Assembly (NCBI RefSeq): GCF_018350175.1
Contig: NC_058368.1
Span: 31,498,001-31,562,000, forward strand
DNA length: 64,000 bases
Direction of reading: 5' to 3'
Origin: Felis catus
Taxonomy: Eukaryota
In this document: in pieces, positions 1-12,815 of the stretch
Layout: each line of letters starts with the position of its first letter
Position numbering within the stretch: the stretch's first letter is position 1
Notes under the pieces: generated by a model
The model's database searches: none
The model's input: the letters and a program-made list of their open reading frames with translations, nothing else
Told to the model about the DNA's origin: nothing
Made by a program: the position numbers and the translations under genes

Positions 1-29
1 AAACAGAGAGGAAATGAATCACTATCGAC

Positions 30-268
30 CAGTGGTTCTTGACTGGGTTCAATATAGTCCCCCAACAGCTATTTGTCAATGTCTGGAGTCATTTTTTAGG
101 GTCATGATGGAGGAAAGGGGTGGGGATGAAGTGTGCTATTAGAATCTACTTGGTAGAGTCCAGGAATGGGCCAAGGTTGCTACTAAAAATCCACAGTGCA
201 CAAGACAACACCTAAAAACAGTCTTATCTAGTCCAAAATATCAATCATGTAAAGACTGAGAAATCTTG
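30..268 (+). mobile_element. MER20-like hAT-Charlie non-autonomous DNA transposon
   Basis: Begins CAGTGGTTCT and ends GAGAAATCTTG. Internal AATGTCTGGAG, GGTAGAGTCCAGG, ATCCTACAGTGCACAAGACA and CCAAAATATCAAT follow the MER20 consensus as I recall it. Confidence 0.8.
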
Positions 269-1085
269 TTACAGAAAAAAAAAGACTATGTAGTACTAGT
301 ATCTGAAAGTAAAGTTAAGGCCATTTGAAGGAAGAAACAGAGGAGAAATATAAATCAAATTTCTTTTGGAATGGATCTATTGGGGAAAATAATTTTAATG
401 AATTAGAGTGTCAGATGGCAAGAGACTGAGATATAAGCAGAAGGAGTATGACCTCAAAGAAAGGCTTTTCAAAACCAAATATCTTCTAAAAGCTTAAATA
501 TTAATGGAAATAAGCCATGGGATAGGAAAAAACACAAACAGAATAGACAGTCAATGGAACAGAGAAAAGGAGCCAAGAGGTAGAGAAAAATGAATAGAAA
601 ATGGATCATGAATGACACAATGGGAAAGAGGTGGGATCAAACCTACAAGACTAGGGAAATACAGTTTTCATTGAGGGAAGGAAGGAAAATGATGATGAAT
701 TCAGCTATTGCATAAAATTGTGACAGTTAATTAAGGCAATTCTTATCTTTGTGAATTTGAAGATGAAGCCATCTAGTGAAAATGGGAAAGTGTGGTGAAA
801 TAAGAGACTTCATAGGGATATGGGCTTATAGTATCCATCCTGAGCAATGAGGGAGGAATCTGACCAGGGAAACACAAAAGGATTATGCCTAACATCTACT
901 AAAATCTATAGTGATGTAGTCACCCAAGGGGAAATGCAATTCTGAAGGTAGAGGCTGTTTCACATTTTTAACTTGTACCAGGTATCATAACCATCTACGC
1001 TTCATATCTTTTATCTTGCTACATCTTCCTTTCCCCCTCCTACTCCACTTGTCTCACACTTTTTTTTTGAAAGCTAGTCTTTTTT

Positions 1086-1210
1086 GGGGCACCTGGCTTG
1101 CTCAGTCAGCATAGATTGCAACTCTCGATCTCTGGGTTATAAATTTCTAGCCCCACGTTGGGTGTAGAGATTACCTAAAAATGAAATCTTAGAACAAAAA
1201 TTAAAAAAAA
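1086..1210 (+). mobile_element. Short Can-SINE (tRNA-like head, no CT tract)
   Basis: GGGGCACCTGGCTTGCTCAGTC head, GCCCCACGTTGGGTGTAGAGATTAC body and A tail. TSD GAAAGCTA(G/A)TCTTTTT on both sides. Confidence 0.9.
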
Positions 1211-2887
1211 GAAAGCTAATCTTTTTACCTGGTGAATCTTAGTATTGGAAGGGAAGGGCTCGAACTGGGTTATAAACTCTTTCCATGAATATGTGATTAA
1301 TAAATCATAGTTTAATGCTGAATCTCTGAAAGCAGTTGAATGTTAGCCATCCCCATAGATTTTCATTAATATTTCTGCTGAATTTCAATATAAAGCAATC
1401 ATCCTATTTCATATGCACAATCCGCATTTTGAATGAGCCTAAAGATTTGAAGCTTCTGAGCAGAGTTTAACACACGTTCTCCTTATCTGAAAATACTGTT
1501 AGAAATGTTATTTGGATTATAAGCAGAGCTTTCATTTGTGGAGCCCATGGCAGTCTGTGTCATAAATATGCACATATCTTTGCCTCAGCAAGGCTCTTCT
1601 AAGTACATTTCATGGTACTTTTCATAGGCACTGGATTTGATTTGTTTTAGGGCATAATATAAATTCTCTGCTGTGATACACGATAAAGGAAACACTTTTT
1701 AAGAAATCTGTGTTGGTTATGGTGCTATGTGCATCACTGAGCCTCATGATTTATTAACTGCCTAAATAATCCCTTATCATTATTGTTTGTTTTTATACAT
1801 AACCACTCATCAGGTACTCAGCACTGTATCTACCTTTCTTTGCAGTGTCTCTTAGTCCGTGCATTTGCCCTCAGTTACTTTTGTGAATTCTTCTGGAAGA
1901 TAATGATAGCATTTCACATTCCATACCACTAACCACACTACATGCCACAGAATACAAATGTGTATAAGGTGGTGGTTTCATTATCTTAGGGTCAGTAGAA
2001 TTTCAAGAGCTTTAAAATTACCTCCATCAATGATGCAAGTGTCAGCTTAGTTTTAATAAATCTTTAGGAACAGCCACAAGTTACTTCTAGGACATCTTCC
2101 TATTTCGAGAAATACATCATTCAGCTGCCAAATCTACTATCAATGTCTCGCTAAAGAATTTCCACTATTAAATGAAATGCTATACTTTTGGTGTATGCAG
2201 TTACTTTTTTGATAACTTAAAATATGATTAACCCAAAGTTTCCCCAGAATCAATTCACATTTATGCTACGCATACAAAATCAGACAAAGAGAATATAGTA
2301 CAAGCAAAACTGAATAAAGAATATACAAATGCATTTATCATAAATAACGCATGTATGAGATGGTTGAATTGCAATGCCTGTTGTTAGAAATGCATTACTT
2401 AATGTGGGCACAATGAAAACCCAGGCACTTGGCAAGGTGACTTTTTTAGAATAAATTAGAGTTGACAAGTAGTGAATTCAGCCAACCAATAAGTATAGTG
2501 TAAAATTTCTCATAATATGCAGCCAAATTCAGATGTTTCCTTTTTAATTTCCAATAAATTTGACCATATGTTCCACTTGCAGAAAAAACTAAATTATGGG
2601 GGTTTGCTTTTGTTTTTTTGTAAACTACTGCCATTATTTAAACTTGGTGATTTTTTTTAGAATGAACTATGCCCCATTCTCAAAAGATAATGTGGTATTT
2701 AAAAGACAAAATAGCTCCTTTGTGTATTAGAAAGTAAACAGCTTTTGAAAAAGTCATAAGCACCACAGGATGCCCATCTCATCCCATAAATATCTATCAT
2801 GTGACCTCTTTCAATTGCAAAGCAGTTTATATTAAGTTTTTCCTGATATTCCTAGTCCAAAAAAAAAAGACTCTGTATGAGAGCTGG

Positions 2888-2888
<1 letters not shown>

Positions 2889-2925
<37 letters not shown>
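2889..2925. repeat. (TA)n microsatellite
   Basis: About 18 perfect TA units. Confidence 0.98.
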
Positions 2926-2927
<2 letters not shown>

Positions 2928-3308
2928 TAATGTATTTTAAAGGAAAGGTGAAGTGAATGAAGTTTGCTTAAACTTGAAGATTTTTCTAATAGCAAATATT
3001 TATATAATACTAATGTGATACTAAATATTAAAATATTTAAGATTATTAATAATTTAAATTCTGATTTTTCTTATAGCCGAGGATTTAAAAAATCATATTG
3101 AGACAAAAAATATCAGTGAGATTGGAAACAAAAATATTAAAAGGTGAATAAATATAAAAATACTTATTATCTATAATGCTGACATTAGCAATGTGGCCCA
3201 GGTATTTATGAACAATGAGGCCCGTAATACTGAACCTTAGAGTTGAACATTATCTACCCAATCACAGGAAGTACTGAACAACCACATGTCCTTCTGTGCT
3301 AGTTCCAT

Positions 3309-3673
3309 TGTATCAAGTAAGTAAGAAGATGATTAGACTGAGGTGGTTTGAATACCTTAGCAGCTTAAGTAAAAAAGCAAATGAAAACCTAAGCCTATTA
3401 ATGCCTCAGGATTAAGAAATCAAAACCTAAAGACAACCAATGAAAAACAGTTACCAAGACTTTTCTAAATAAAACAAAGCCTCACACTATAGCCAATCAA
3501 ATAATTTCTTTGCTTTTTTCCATGCCTTTTCTCTCTGAAAAGTCTTTTCTCTCCTGGTTCCTGTTGGTGGAGTACTCCTAACCACTTCCAATTTGTCACT
3601 GCCCAATTCCAATTGTTTTTTGTTCGAATAAAAATATTAAAATGTTTAATGTGCCTCAGTTTATCTTTTCACA
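3309..3673 (+). mobile_element. Solo LTR, ERV1 class (MER34-like)
   Basis: TG...CA ends and two CCAAT motifs. AATAAA is followed by ATGTGCCTCAGTTTATCTTTTCACA, resembling the MER34-group 3' end. Confidence 0.6.
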
Positions 3674-4091
3674 GTTCACAGTTCTCTATAACTTCTGCTT
3701 GGAGCAAAAGGCCAGAAAACACAAACCCCAAAGGAAGCAGGATCACAGAGTCAAAGAAAAGACAGCTGAGCTGTTAACTTCCAGGCCAGAGATTCAAAAT
3801 CCCCAAATGCACAGAGGGCTGGAGAGAACGCGGTAGTGTGTAGTGTGACGCCAATGAATGTCCCTTCAAAGAGAAGGAAACATTGGGAGTGAAGAATAAG
3901 TGACACCCTCTCCCACCATTGAGCAGTTTCTAATTGGCAAGTTTGAGCCATTTTCTTTTATTCTGACTTCTGATTGTTTCGATGTATTTCTGTCATATTT
4001 TGTGGCTTCTATTTGCTATGCTTTTTCTTTGCTTCTGAGATTATGTTTTGTTGCATTGGTTAAGGGTTTTTGTTTTTTGCTTGTTTTTGTT

Positions 4092-4410
4092 GTTTATTTA
4101 TTTTTAATTTACATCCAAGTTAGTTAGCATATAGTGCAATAATGATTTCAGGAGTAGAATCCAGTGATTCATCACCTACATATAACACCCAGTGCTCATC
4201 CCAACAAGTGTCTTCCTTAATGCCCCTTGCCCACTTGGCCCATCCCCCCACCCACAACTCTTGCAGCAACCTTCAATTTGTTCTCTATATCTTAGTTTCT
4301 CTTATGTTTTGACCCCCTCCTTATTTTTATATTATTTTTGCATCCCTTCCCTTATGTTTATGTTTGGTATCTTAAATTCTGTATGTGAAAGAAATCATAT
4401 GGTATATTTT
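4092..4410 (-). mobile_element. Carnivore L1 3' end (5'-truncated)
   Basis: T-rich tail, then GATTTCAGGAGTAGAATCCAGTGATTCATCACCTACATATAACACCCAGTGCTCATCCCAACAAGTG, typical of the carnivore L1 3' UTR in antisense. Confidence 0.88.
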
Positions 4411-4429
4411 TTTCATTTCTCTCATTGTC

Positions 4430-5750
4430 TCCTACTGAATATAAATAATAATCTTTGTGTCTATTTTTTTTTTACTAGCACCTCTTACTATGTTAACACA
4501 GATACTTAAATGTATATGTTCTAACATATCTTAATTTGAAGATCATCTCTAGCCTTTTCTGAAATTAGGCAAGGACTTTATCACACTTCCTACTAAATGC
4601 CCCACAAAAGTCGCTGTTATTGTTCTATTTTATTTTCATTTTACTTTTAAAACATACCCCCAAGTAATGTTAATATCATTTCCATTGTTTACTGTTTTAA
4701 ATACATCCCCAGTTGACTGTAATATGACCCAGTGTTTTAGAGCAAAAGCTTAGTTAGATTTACTATTGTCATTTACTGATTTCTTTTTTTGTTGTTCTCT
4801 TTTTTTTTTCCTACTTTCCATTCTTTTCTAAAATTGCTGTCTCTTTAGCTCAGGGGCCATACTATAATATTTTCTCACTGAGGTTTTGGGGTGTAAAATT
4901 TGTAAATTACTATTATTTCAAATATACTCTTTATTTCATATTTATAATTTGGTTACAAATGTTTAAAAAAAGATTTTTCTTAGCAGGTTCAAGATACTTT
5001 TCCATTCTTTTATGTCACCCTATTGTTGCTGAGGATATGTCTCTTGATAATTCATCCTTTGTAGATATTCAGACCTTTCTGTTAACCTTTTAGGATTTTT
5101 CCTTATCCTTGATGTCTTTATTTTTATTGTGATTTGACCAGGTATGGATTTACAAATATCCTCATTCCTAGCACTAGGTGAAACATTTTAATCTGAGAAC
5201 TCAATCATACTTTTTCTTACTTCTGGAAATTTGTCATTAACTCTTTTAATACTGCCTCTCATCCAATCTCTTTCTGTAATCCTTCTGGAACAAATACTAG
5301 TGGAATACTGGAGCTTCACACCCCATCCTTCATATCTCTTAGATTTCCTGTTATGTAGTGATTTGAAAAAATCTGACTATGATATATTCATTTATTTTCT
5401 TTTCTCACTCTTCCAATTTATAATTTACTCTCTGGCAGCGACTAGTCAATATTTAAGTAATCATATGAATTTTTTCCTGGAAATTAAGAACTTAATCTTC
5501 ATAATTTCTATCTTGTTCTCCTTTAGGTCTTTTTATTTTATATATCCACAATCTTATTTATAGAGATTCATTTATTTTTTATTTCTTGGAATATTGAAAC
5601 ATACCCATTCTACAGGATCTAATTTTTCTATTAATGTCAATTTACTATACATGTATTCTCCAGCTTGTTGTTTCATAGAGTATCTTCCATCACATTGGAC
5701 TTCCTCACGTATTTGATAATTCTTGTGCATGCTATCATCTCATAAGATAT
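4430..5750 (-). mobile_element. Ancient L1 (L1M/L1ME-like) ORF1-region fragments
   Basis: T-rich and decayed. Motifs such as TATTGTTGCTGAG...CCTTTGTAGAT...AGGATTTTTCCTTATCCTTGATGT resemble antisense L1M ORF1. Confidence 0.5.
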
Positions 5751-6451
5751 TTCTCTTGCTATTGTTCAAGGCATTTGAGAATCACTACTTATGTCCTGGG
5801 TTGTGAATAATACCATAGTACAATATAACTGTTGCTGAAGTCTAAAATTATCCAGGTCTGAAATAGAAATATTAGTGCAACACATGGCTTTCAGCATGAT
5901 GCAGAGATCAGATATTTGGTCCTAACAACACACATAACTGAACTTTTATTTCTTTTTATTTTAATTCTGCTTGTTGCCTGGTGATTTATTTCCAGCGTAG
6001 GCATGAACAATAAATCAAATTTAATCTAAGCAAAGACTTCAATTGCATTACATATTATCCCCAAAGAGTAAAGATAAAATAGCCAGATGTGGGTAAAAAG
6101 AATAACGTCGAGTGACTTTTCTTAAAAGCTTAAAAACCAAATAATTGAGGCAATATGGGAGGAGAATAGTAATGACAAAACATATCAGTAGACCACAATT
6201 TAGAATCTAAAAACTGATGTGCATGTGGGAATTTGATATGGTAAATGCTGTATTTTGAATTTATAGGGGAAAAGCATTTATTATTTAATTGAAGCTGTTG
6301 TTACAATTGGTGATCTCTGGGGAAAAAATAATATATCATGCTACATATTAAAAGGTTCCAGAAGGCATAGCTTTCTTAAAAACAAAAACAGAAACAAAAC
6401 AACAACATCTACAAGTCTGTACAGCTAATTGAAGAAAATGCAGGAGCTCAC

Positions 6452-6881
6452 TTGCAGCAAAAGGTGCCAGTGCCCTGCCCAAAGTTTTGGTAACTTCTTG
6501 TTCTTGCACAGTCTGTTGCTAATGGTTCACACCTGCAGTGTTCTCTGGAGAATTACCCTTCTCTGTGAGAATGATGTCACTTGGCTAGGGAGTCCTTTGC
6601 ATTTATGCTTCTCCCCCAGCTCAGAAACCAGTCACTCACGATGGGATGCAAGGGTTCTACTCACCCATCTTAAAGCGAGACAACCTTTATGGTATCATTC
6701 ATATCCCAGAGCTCCATGTGGAATTAACCAGTTCTCACCTGAATCCACAGCTTACTCAACTTCTCCCCTTTCCCTACTCTGCTTCTCTCATGCCTTTAAA
6801 ATTTCTTCAGAGAGCATCCCTAATAAAACATTTCACTAGAAGCCCCACTCAGACTCTGCTTCCAGAAATTTGGAACTAAGA
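6452..6881 (+). mobile_element. LTR16-like ERVL solo LTR
   Basis: Starts TGCAGC...GTGCCCTGCCC. Ends CCCTAATAAAACATTTCAC...CTCAGACTCTGCTTCCAGAAATTTGGAACTAAGA, matching LTR16 architecture. Confidence 0.7.
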
Positions 6882-7344
6882 ATACACTTTTATAATCTCG
6901 GAGTGGAAAACACTCCCTAAAATGTGACATAAAACTCCAAGGACATAAAGGAGCATATTAATTAAATTGACTTGAGAAAAATGTTTTAACCGGGAAAAGA
7001 CACAATAAGTGAAGCAGAATGAGTATACACTGGGAGAAAATATCTAAAATGTATTTTACAGATACATTACTAATATACTATGCTTGCAAATTTGAGAGAA
7101 ATGGCACTCACATATACTTTTTGTAGTGGTGTTAACTAGGGTGACATTTTTGAAGCAAAATTGGGAAACCTATTAAATGTAATACAATTTTTTTTATATA
7201 AAAGCTAGACGTGTGCATTACAAATATAAGAATTTAACACATTGAGATATTTCCAAAAGTGTCTTGTTATATAGTCCAAGATATATACTATAGCACAGTT
7301 TATACTAGCAAAATAGAAATTAATTAAAGTATAAATAAAAAAAC

Positions 7345-7554
7345 GTGGTGCCTGGGTGGCTCAGTTGGTTAACTGTCCGACTTCGGCTCAGGTCATGATC
7401 TCACTATTCGTGGGTTCAAGCCCTGCGTTAAGCTGTGTGCTGAAGGCTCGGAGCCTGGAGCCTGTTTCGGGTTCTTTGTCTCCCCCTCTCTCTCTGCCCC
7501 TCCCCTGCTCACGCCCTGTGTATATCTCTCAAAAATAGATAAGGCATTAAAAAT
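7345..7554 (+). mobile_element. Can-SINE (SINEC_Fc type)
   Basis: CCTGGGTGGCTCAGTTGGTTAA head, B-box GGGTTCAAGCCC, CT tract and A tail. TSD AAGTATAAATAAAA. Confidence 0.95.
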
Positions 7555-9949
7555 AAGTATAAATAAAATGTAAATAAATAAAATAATGTTTTTTTAAAAA
7601 AGGAGATCAGATAAATGAATAGCTATATATGCACATAGTGAAATAAAAATATATTTAGTAAGAATGAGGTAAATCTAAATGTCACAACATTAACTTTGCC
7701 TAAAATATTAATGAAGATAATTGCAAAATAACAAATGTAAGTGTATATATTTTATTTTACTTATTTAATATTAAAATATGCATTTCAAATAACAAAAAGG
7801 ATATACACCAAACTGATAGCAGTAGTTATCCCCAGGGATATGCACTAAGGACAGGAATATTTATTTTTTTCTCTAAACATTCTACTATTTGAATTTTTAC
7901 AACAACAATATTAACTTAGTTACTAAAAATTTTTTAAGGAAATTTTTCTACATTAGTTTATTTGCTTTAAGGTTGAAAAACAATTAAAACTTAATAGATT
8001 TTAGCTACCACTGCAATGTTTTCTCTAATATATTAGATTTCATATAGCATTTTGATAGGGTGTAAGGGATAGACATATATATGTATGTGTGCCCATATAT
8101 ATAAAAGTACATGTATATATACATATAAAAATAAATGTGTATCTATATGTTATATATGTTAAGCATATATATGTTTTTCATATAACATATACATCACATA
8201 TAAATCTAAATATAAATCCATCCAGATAGGGAATGTAGGATTTAAGAGTTACAGAAGGAGCATATTGTAGATGTTGAGTCTATATCTAAATCTTTTTTCA
8301 GAGTGCAATAAGTAGCCACAATAATTTATGTGCCAGGGAACCTTGATGGAGTGGGAAGGACAGCTTTGAAAACATTGAAGGAAAACATTGAAGGATTTTT
8401 GGATTCAACTGCACAATAATTATGTTTTATATACTCTAACCACCCTTGCTGTAAGTTAATGGTGTGCATTAGAAAACCCATCTTTTAACATTTTAAAAGA
8501 TTATTTGTATTATTGACATTAATAAAATTTGTAATTACATTTCTTGATATAATGCTTTTTCCATGTGTAACAGCCCAACATTTATTGTCTGGCCAATCCA
8601 TCATCAAACTAAAAAACGAATATTAAAATAAGAGGAGTTAAATGCTACTACAATTTAACTTAATATTTCTGTCTGTTTTGACATATCTATTAGATTTATA
8701 TTCTCTCTCATAACCAAGCTGTATTATTTTCTCTTATATTAAAACAAATGAACTAATATTACTTGCTAACCATATACATGAATAACAAATATCAATATTG
8801 TGGTTTTGAACACTGTAAAGACTCAAATATTCAGAGACCCACAAGTGTAATTATAGCATCACTCTTACCATTTGCAAAGATAAAAATTCCCACTTTAAAA
8901 TATTCCATGGGTCAAAGAAGTCAAATTTAAAAAAAAAGTTCCATGTGAAAATATGTGGTAACTATAAAAGCATCTAGATTAGCAAAGAATCTCTAATTTA
9001 AATGGTCAAGTTAAACAAGGCACAATTAAGACTAATCTGGTTTTCTTGTTTGCAGTTGATAGAAAGAGTATTTCAAATTAACCTATATTATGTCTAGTAT
9101 TATTTTCAAATGTAAATGGCGTAACCCTTTAAGCTCATAGAAATGTGGTTAATTTTTTAAAGTGAGAAAACCATTTATCCTTTTGCTAGTTCCTATGTTC
9201 TAATTTTGTACATCTACCTTTTTCATTTTTTGCAAAAACAGTTTCAACATGGTTAAATTTTTTAAAGAAACATTCCATTCCCTTTGTCATTTCATAACTT
9301 AAAACTTTCATAGTCATAACAAATTGGACTGGTTGCTACTTGACTTATGGTCAAATGAAGCAGGCTCTGCTCCCAAATTTCAGCAGATGTGGCTACAGCA
9401 CAAGCCAGGTGTCCAGGATATTTACCCTGGGAGAAAGGTTCCATTTGGATGAAAAACAATGAGGAGAGCCTTGTTAGACTACCTGATAAAGACCTCTTAC
9501 TATTTTTCCTAGGATATGGTATTCTCGATTAATCTGCTGATTTATTCTTTGGCATTTGGGGAAATGGAGACCTCAGTCTAATACACCTGGCCCATTCCTT
9601 CTGTTTTCAAAATATAATGATTTGGAAATCATTAGATTTCAAATCTAAAGTGGGAAAGCCCACTTCAGAGCGCTACAGGCAGGTCAGTTCCTGTGCCGGC
9701 CATGACCCATAAGGCTGCACCTACAGTGTTAGTTGATTCTTCCCCAATAAATCTTCACTGGGTGTTCTTGACAAATTGATATCTCCACACTGTACACATT
9801 ATAGAAAAATGACATCAGATTTTTTGGATGCCTTTCTACATAAATGAAAATGTCTTTGTTACCTGGATTTTGGCAAACCATACTGACCAATGTTCATTTT
9901 CATTTTTGGGATTTCTTTTTGAAGACATTTTGTAGATGAAAATTAGCCA

Positions 9950-9956
9950 TGAGTCA
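9950..9956. promoter_or_regulatory. AP-1 consensus site (TGAGTCA)
   Basis: Exact heptamer in repeat-poor DNA. Function is not shown. Confidence 0.25.
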
Positions 9957-10738
9957 CGCCAAAATTGTGTGTAAAGTAGTCTATCCTTTTCCAGACATGG
10001 TTTGGCCCTGCTCTACTGTTCATCTGTATAGATTTTCTATATCAGGTTGCTTTTAGCATATTTATTCTGGGCTGTACGTGACAAGTACAACACGAAATAT
10101 AAACCAGCTGTGTTATTGAAAGTTCAAATTGCATACATAAAATTTTACACTCAGCACAGTTTTTGCATCTTCTTAGATCCTGTCCATCAACCTAACTGCT
10201 ACAGAAACGGTATCTTGATTATACATGTATGTCAGCAGCAACAAGGTAAACTCCTGTTCTTCTATTGAGCAGGAAAAGAGCTTTATGTGTCTGTTTGAGG
10301 GGTTTTAAGGCAGTTTGCATTCCGAATTGACACTTGGGTGTGAAGGTTTCCGGATTTCAAAGATATTACTGTAAGGGCAAGTTTATGGGTTGGGCGCGGA
10401 GCACTTCCCTGTGTGAATTATCGTTGATTGCCTAACCTTGCTTTGTGACTGGTGGAGCCCTGCTGGAGTGCTGTAATTCTCATGCTCGACAGGAGGCTCG
10501 GTGTTATCCAAATCCCAATGGTACTCAACTGAATTGATGAAATGACCGGGAAGGCCTAATTAAAGCTGTTCAGCTCAAATGTATTGATGTATTACATCTA
10601 TTACGGCTTGGTTCAATAGGTCCACCCTGTGAATGCTGCCACAGCCTGTAAAGCAAACTAAACAGATTGAATAAATAATGCTGCAAGGAAAGGAGACAGC
10701 AGCAGAATCAAAGCAGCAGAGCGCAAAATGCAACAGGG

Positions 10739-10751
10739 TGACCTATGAACT
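10739..10751 (-). promoter_or_regulatory. DR1 nuclear-receptor element (AGTTCA-T-AGGTCA)
   Basis: The plus strand reads TGACCTATGAACT, giving two consensus RGKTCA half-sites spaced by 1 nt on the minus strand. Confidence 0.35.
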
Positions 10752-11655
10752 TTTTATCATATTACCCACCATCAATTACTTTAATCTTTACTATTTTTAC
10801 ACGTTGAACACAAAAGAGAGAATATTAAGATTTAGAAGAATCTTTTGATCTATCACAAGAGCTGGGAAACCCTTTTCTCCTTTAGTAAACATTGCATGAC
10901 AATGTGCATAAAATCAATGTGGGTTTGCTTCACTTTTCTTCACAATTCATTGTTAGAATCTAGCTTTTTCTTTGCCTTCTGACCGATTCTTTTGTGAACC
11001 ATTTTTTAAACACACAATCTACCATCTTCTTTTACTCCCTCTGCCCCAAGAGACTTGTTAACTCTTTTCGTGTCTCTTGCTGGATTTGAATCATTTCAGA
11101 TTTCTATAATCTGCATATCGTCCTAAGCAATAACTCTGATTAAGTTTGATCATGAGTTGTTCCAGATTCATGTTCATTCCAACATGGAGATATCTTCCTC
11201 ATTCATATGTGGCATTCAGTGTTATTTATATCATTCTGTGTGCACTGTCAGACAGAATCGTATACTTTTGTTGCACTAACAACTTACTGATGCTAAACCA
11301 AACAGAGGATAGATTTCATAAAACACATGCAGACTAAAATGCAGACTAAAAGTTATCAAAGTTTTTGTCTTTCATACAATTACATTTTTTAAATTATAGG
11401 AGATGATGTCTTCCAAATTTATTTTCTGCCACTGAACTCACACTGAACTTCAGATATACTTTCTGTCTACTTGACATCTCCCCTTAGATGTTTAAAAGAC
11501 ATTTTCAACTTAATGTTTAAAAGTTAGCTCCTAAGCTTTCTCCCCCCATTCCTCATCCAAATCTGTTTCTTAGGTTTCTCCACCTCAGCAAATGGCAATT
11601 CCAGTTTTCCATTTGCTTCAGCTCAAAGTATTAGTTATCATGGACTATTCTCTTT

Positions 11656-11871
11656 AAAAATTTTTTGTAATGTTTATTCATTTTTGATAGAGAGACAGAA
11701 AGCATGAGTGGGTGAGGGGCAAAGAGGGAGAGGGAGACACAGAACTTGAAGCAGGCTCCAGGCTCTGAGCTGTCAGCACAGAGTCCAATGCGGGGCTGGA
11801 ACCCACGAACCATGAGATCATGACCTGAGCCAAAGTCAGACGCTCAACCGACTGAGCCACCTAGGCACCGC
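11656..11871 (-). mobile_element. Can-SINE (SINEC_Fc type)
   Basis: Antisense SINE ending CTCAACCGACTGAGCCACCTAGGCACC. Short TSD TCTCTTT. Confidence 0.95.
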
Positions 11872-12074
11872 ATCTCTTTCTTTTATATTTCTCATTTAAT
11901 GCACCAGCATAGCTCAGTAGTTTTACTTTCTAAATATATTCCAAACTAAATTACTTCTCACTGTCTTTACTGCTACCCTTCTGGTCTGAGCCATGATTGT
12001 CTTTTGTTTGGATTTTAACCATAGCGTTCTAGGTATCTTCCATGATTTCCCTCTTGTCCCTCTCTAGCTGGCTT

Positions 12075-12620
12075 ACCTATCCCCTTTCCTCTACCCTTAT
12101 CCTAATTGGAGATGTTGAAAAGTTAAAAACTACGTTTGCCAGACTCCCTTGAAGTTAGGTACTGGATCAGTTATATGCACAGAGTGAGATTTGGAAGATG
12201 GAAGTTGGACAGATGCCATATCCCCTTGCTCTTAAGTAATTTTCTAAGAAACTAGCAAAGCCATAGATCTCTGAGGTTTCTCCACAGAATTCCAGATTCT
12301 ATTCCCCAGTCTCTTCCATGATAAGAAGCATCAGAACAGTGGTGGCAGTGGCAGAGGGCAGCGCTTTATCTGTCATCCTGATCCCTTAATTATAGCTGTG
12401 AGTATCCATTTGCCCATTTCCTGTAGGGCCAGAGTAATTCTTGGAAGCAGCAATGGGTAGGTGATTCCATTACAACTTTAGGAGTGACCTGAGTGTAGGT
12501 CAGCTGATTGGCCATTTGTCTATTGTTGTGTTTTCATTTCTGGTGGCCAAAGCTATACTAGTTTCATCAGCTCTTCCAACAATTTTGTAAGCATTGTACT
12601 CTGTGTAGAAATATCCATGA
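12075..12620 (+). mobile_element. LTR41/LTR33-like ERVL LTR
   Basis: AAAAACTACGTTTGCCAGACTCCCTTG...GAGATTTGGAAGATGGAAGT, with 3' ATTTTGTAAGC. Confidence 0.6.
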
Positions 12621-12634
12621 CATAACTTTAACAC

Positions 12635-12815
12635 TTATTCACTCTATGATCTTGGGTAAGTTAATGTCTTTGAATCTGAATATCATCATCTATAGAATGA
12701 AAATAATAGCAATGACTACACTATAGTTTAGTTTACAGAGTAATTAAAAAGTTTAAAGGTGCTTAGCATGTCCTTGGTATATGGTAAGTACTCAATAAAC
12801 GTCACCTTTTGTTAT
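12635..12815 (+). mobile_element. MIR
   Basis: TGATCTTGGGTAAGTTA...CATCTATAGAATGAAAATAATAG...GTGCTTAGCA...GTAAGTACTCAATAAA. Confidence 0.75.

Larger units (their letters stand above)
6100..7915 (+). mobile_element. Ancient L1ME-like 3' region, interrupted by an LTR and a SINE
   Basis: A-rich decayed ORF2-end and 3' UTR motifs (GGAATTTGATATG, GAGAAATGGCACTCACATAT, GGATATACACCAAACTGATAGCAGTAGTTATC). Confidence 0.6.

Noticed and set aside
1086..1210. tRNA-like sequence (also 46685-46798)
   Set aside because: This is a tRNA-derived SINE with an A tail and TSD and a decayed cloverleaf, not a tRNA gene.
6429..6879. Longest ORFs (136 aa here, 130 aa at 39245, 114 aa at 54559)
   Set aside because: They lie in or overlap LTR16, MER44 and probable L2 sequence, have non-ATG starts, and show no recognisable domain.
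9030..9060. Isolated strong plus-strand splice acceptors (also about 43034)
   Set aside because: No paired donor or recognisable reading frame. Such sites are expected by chance in T-rich DNA.
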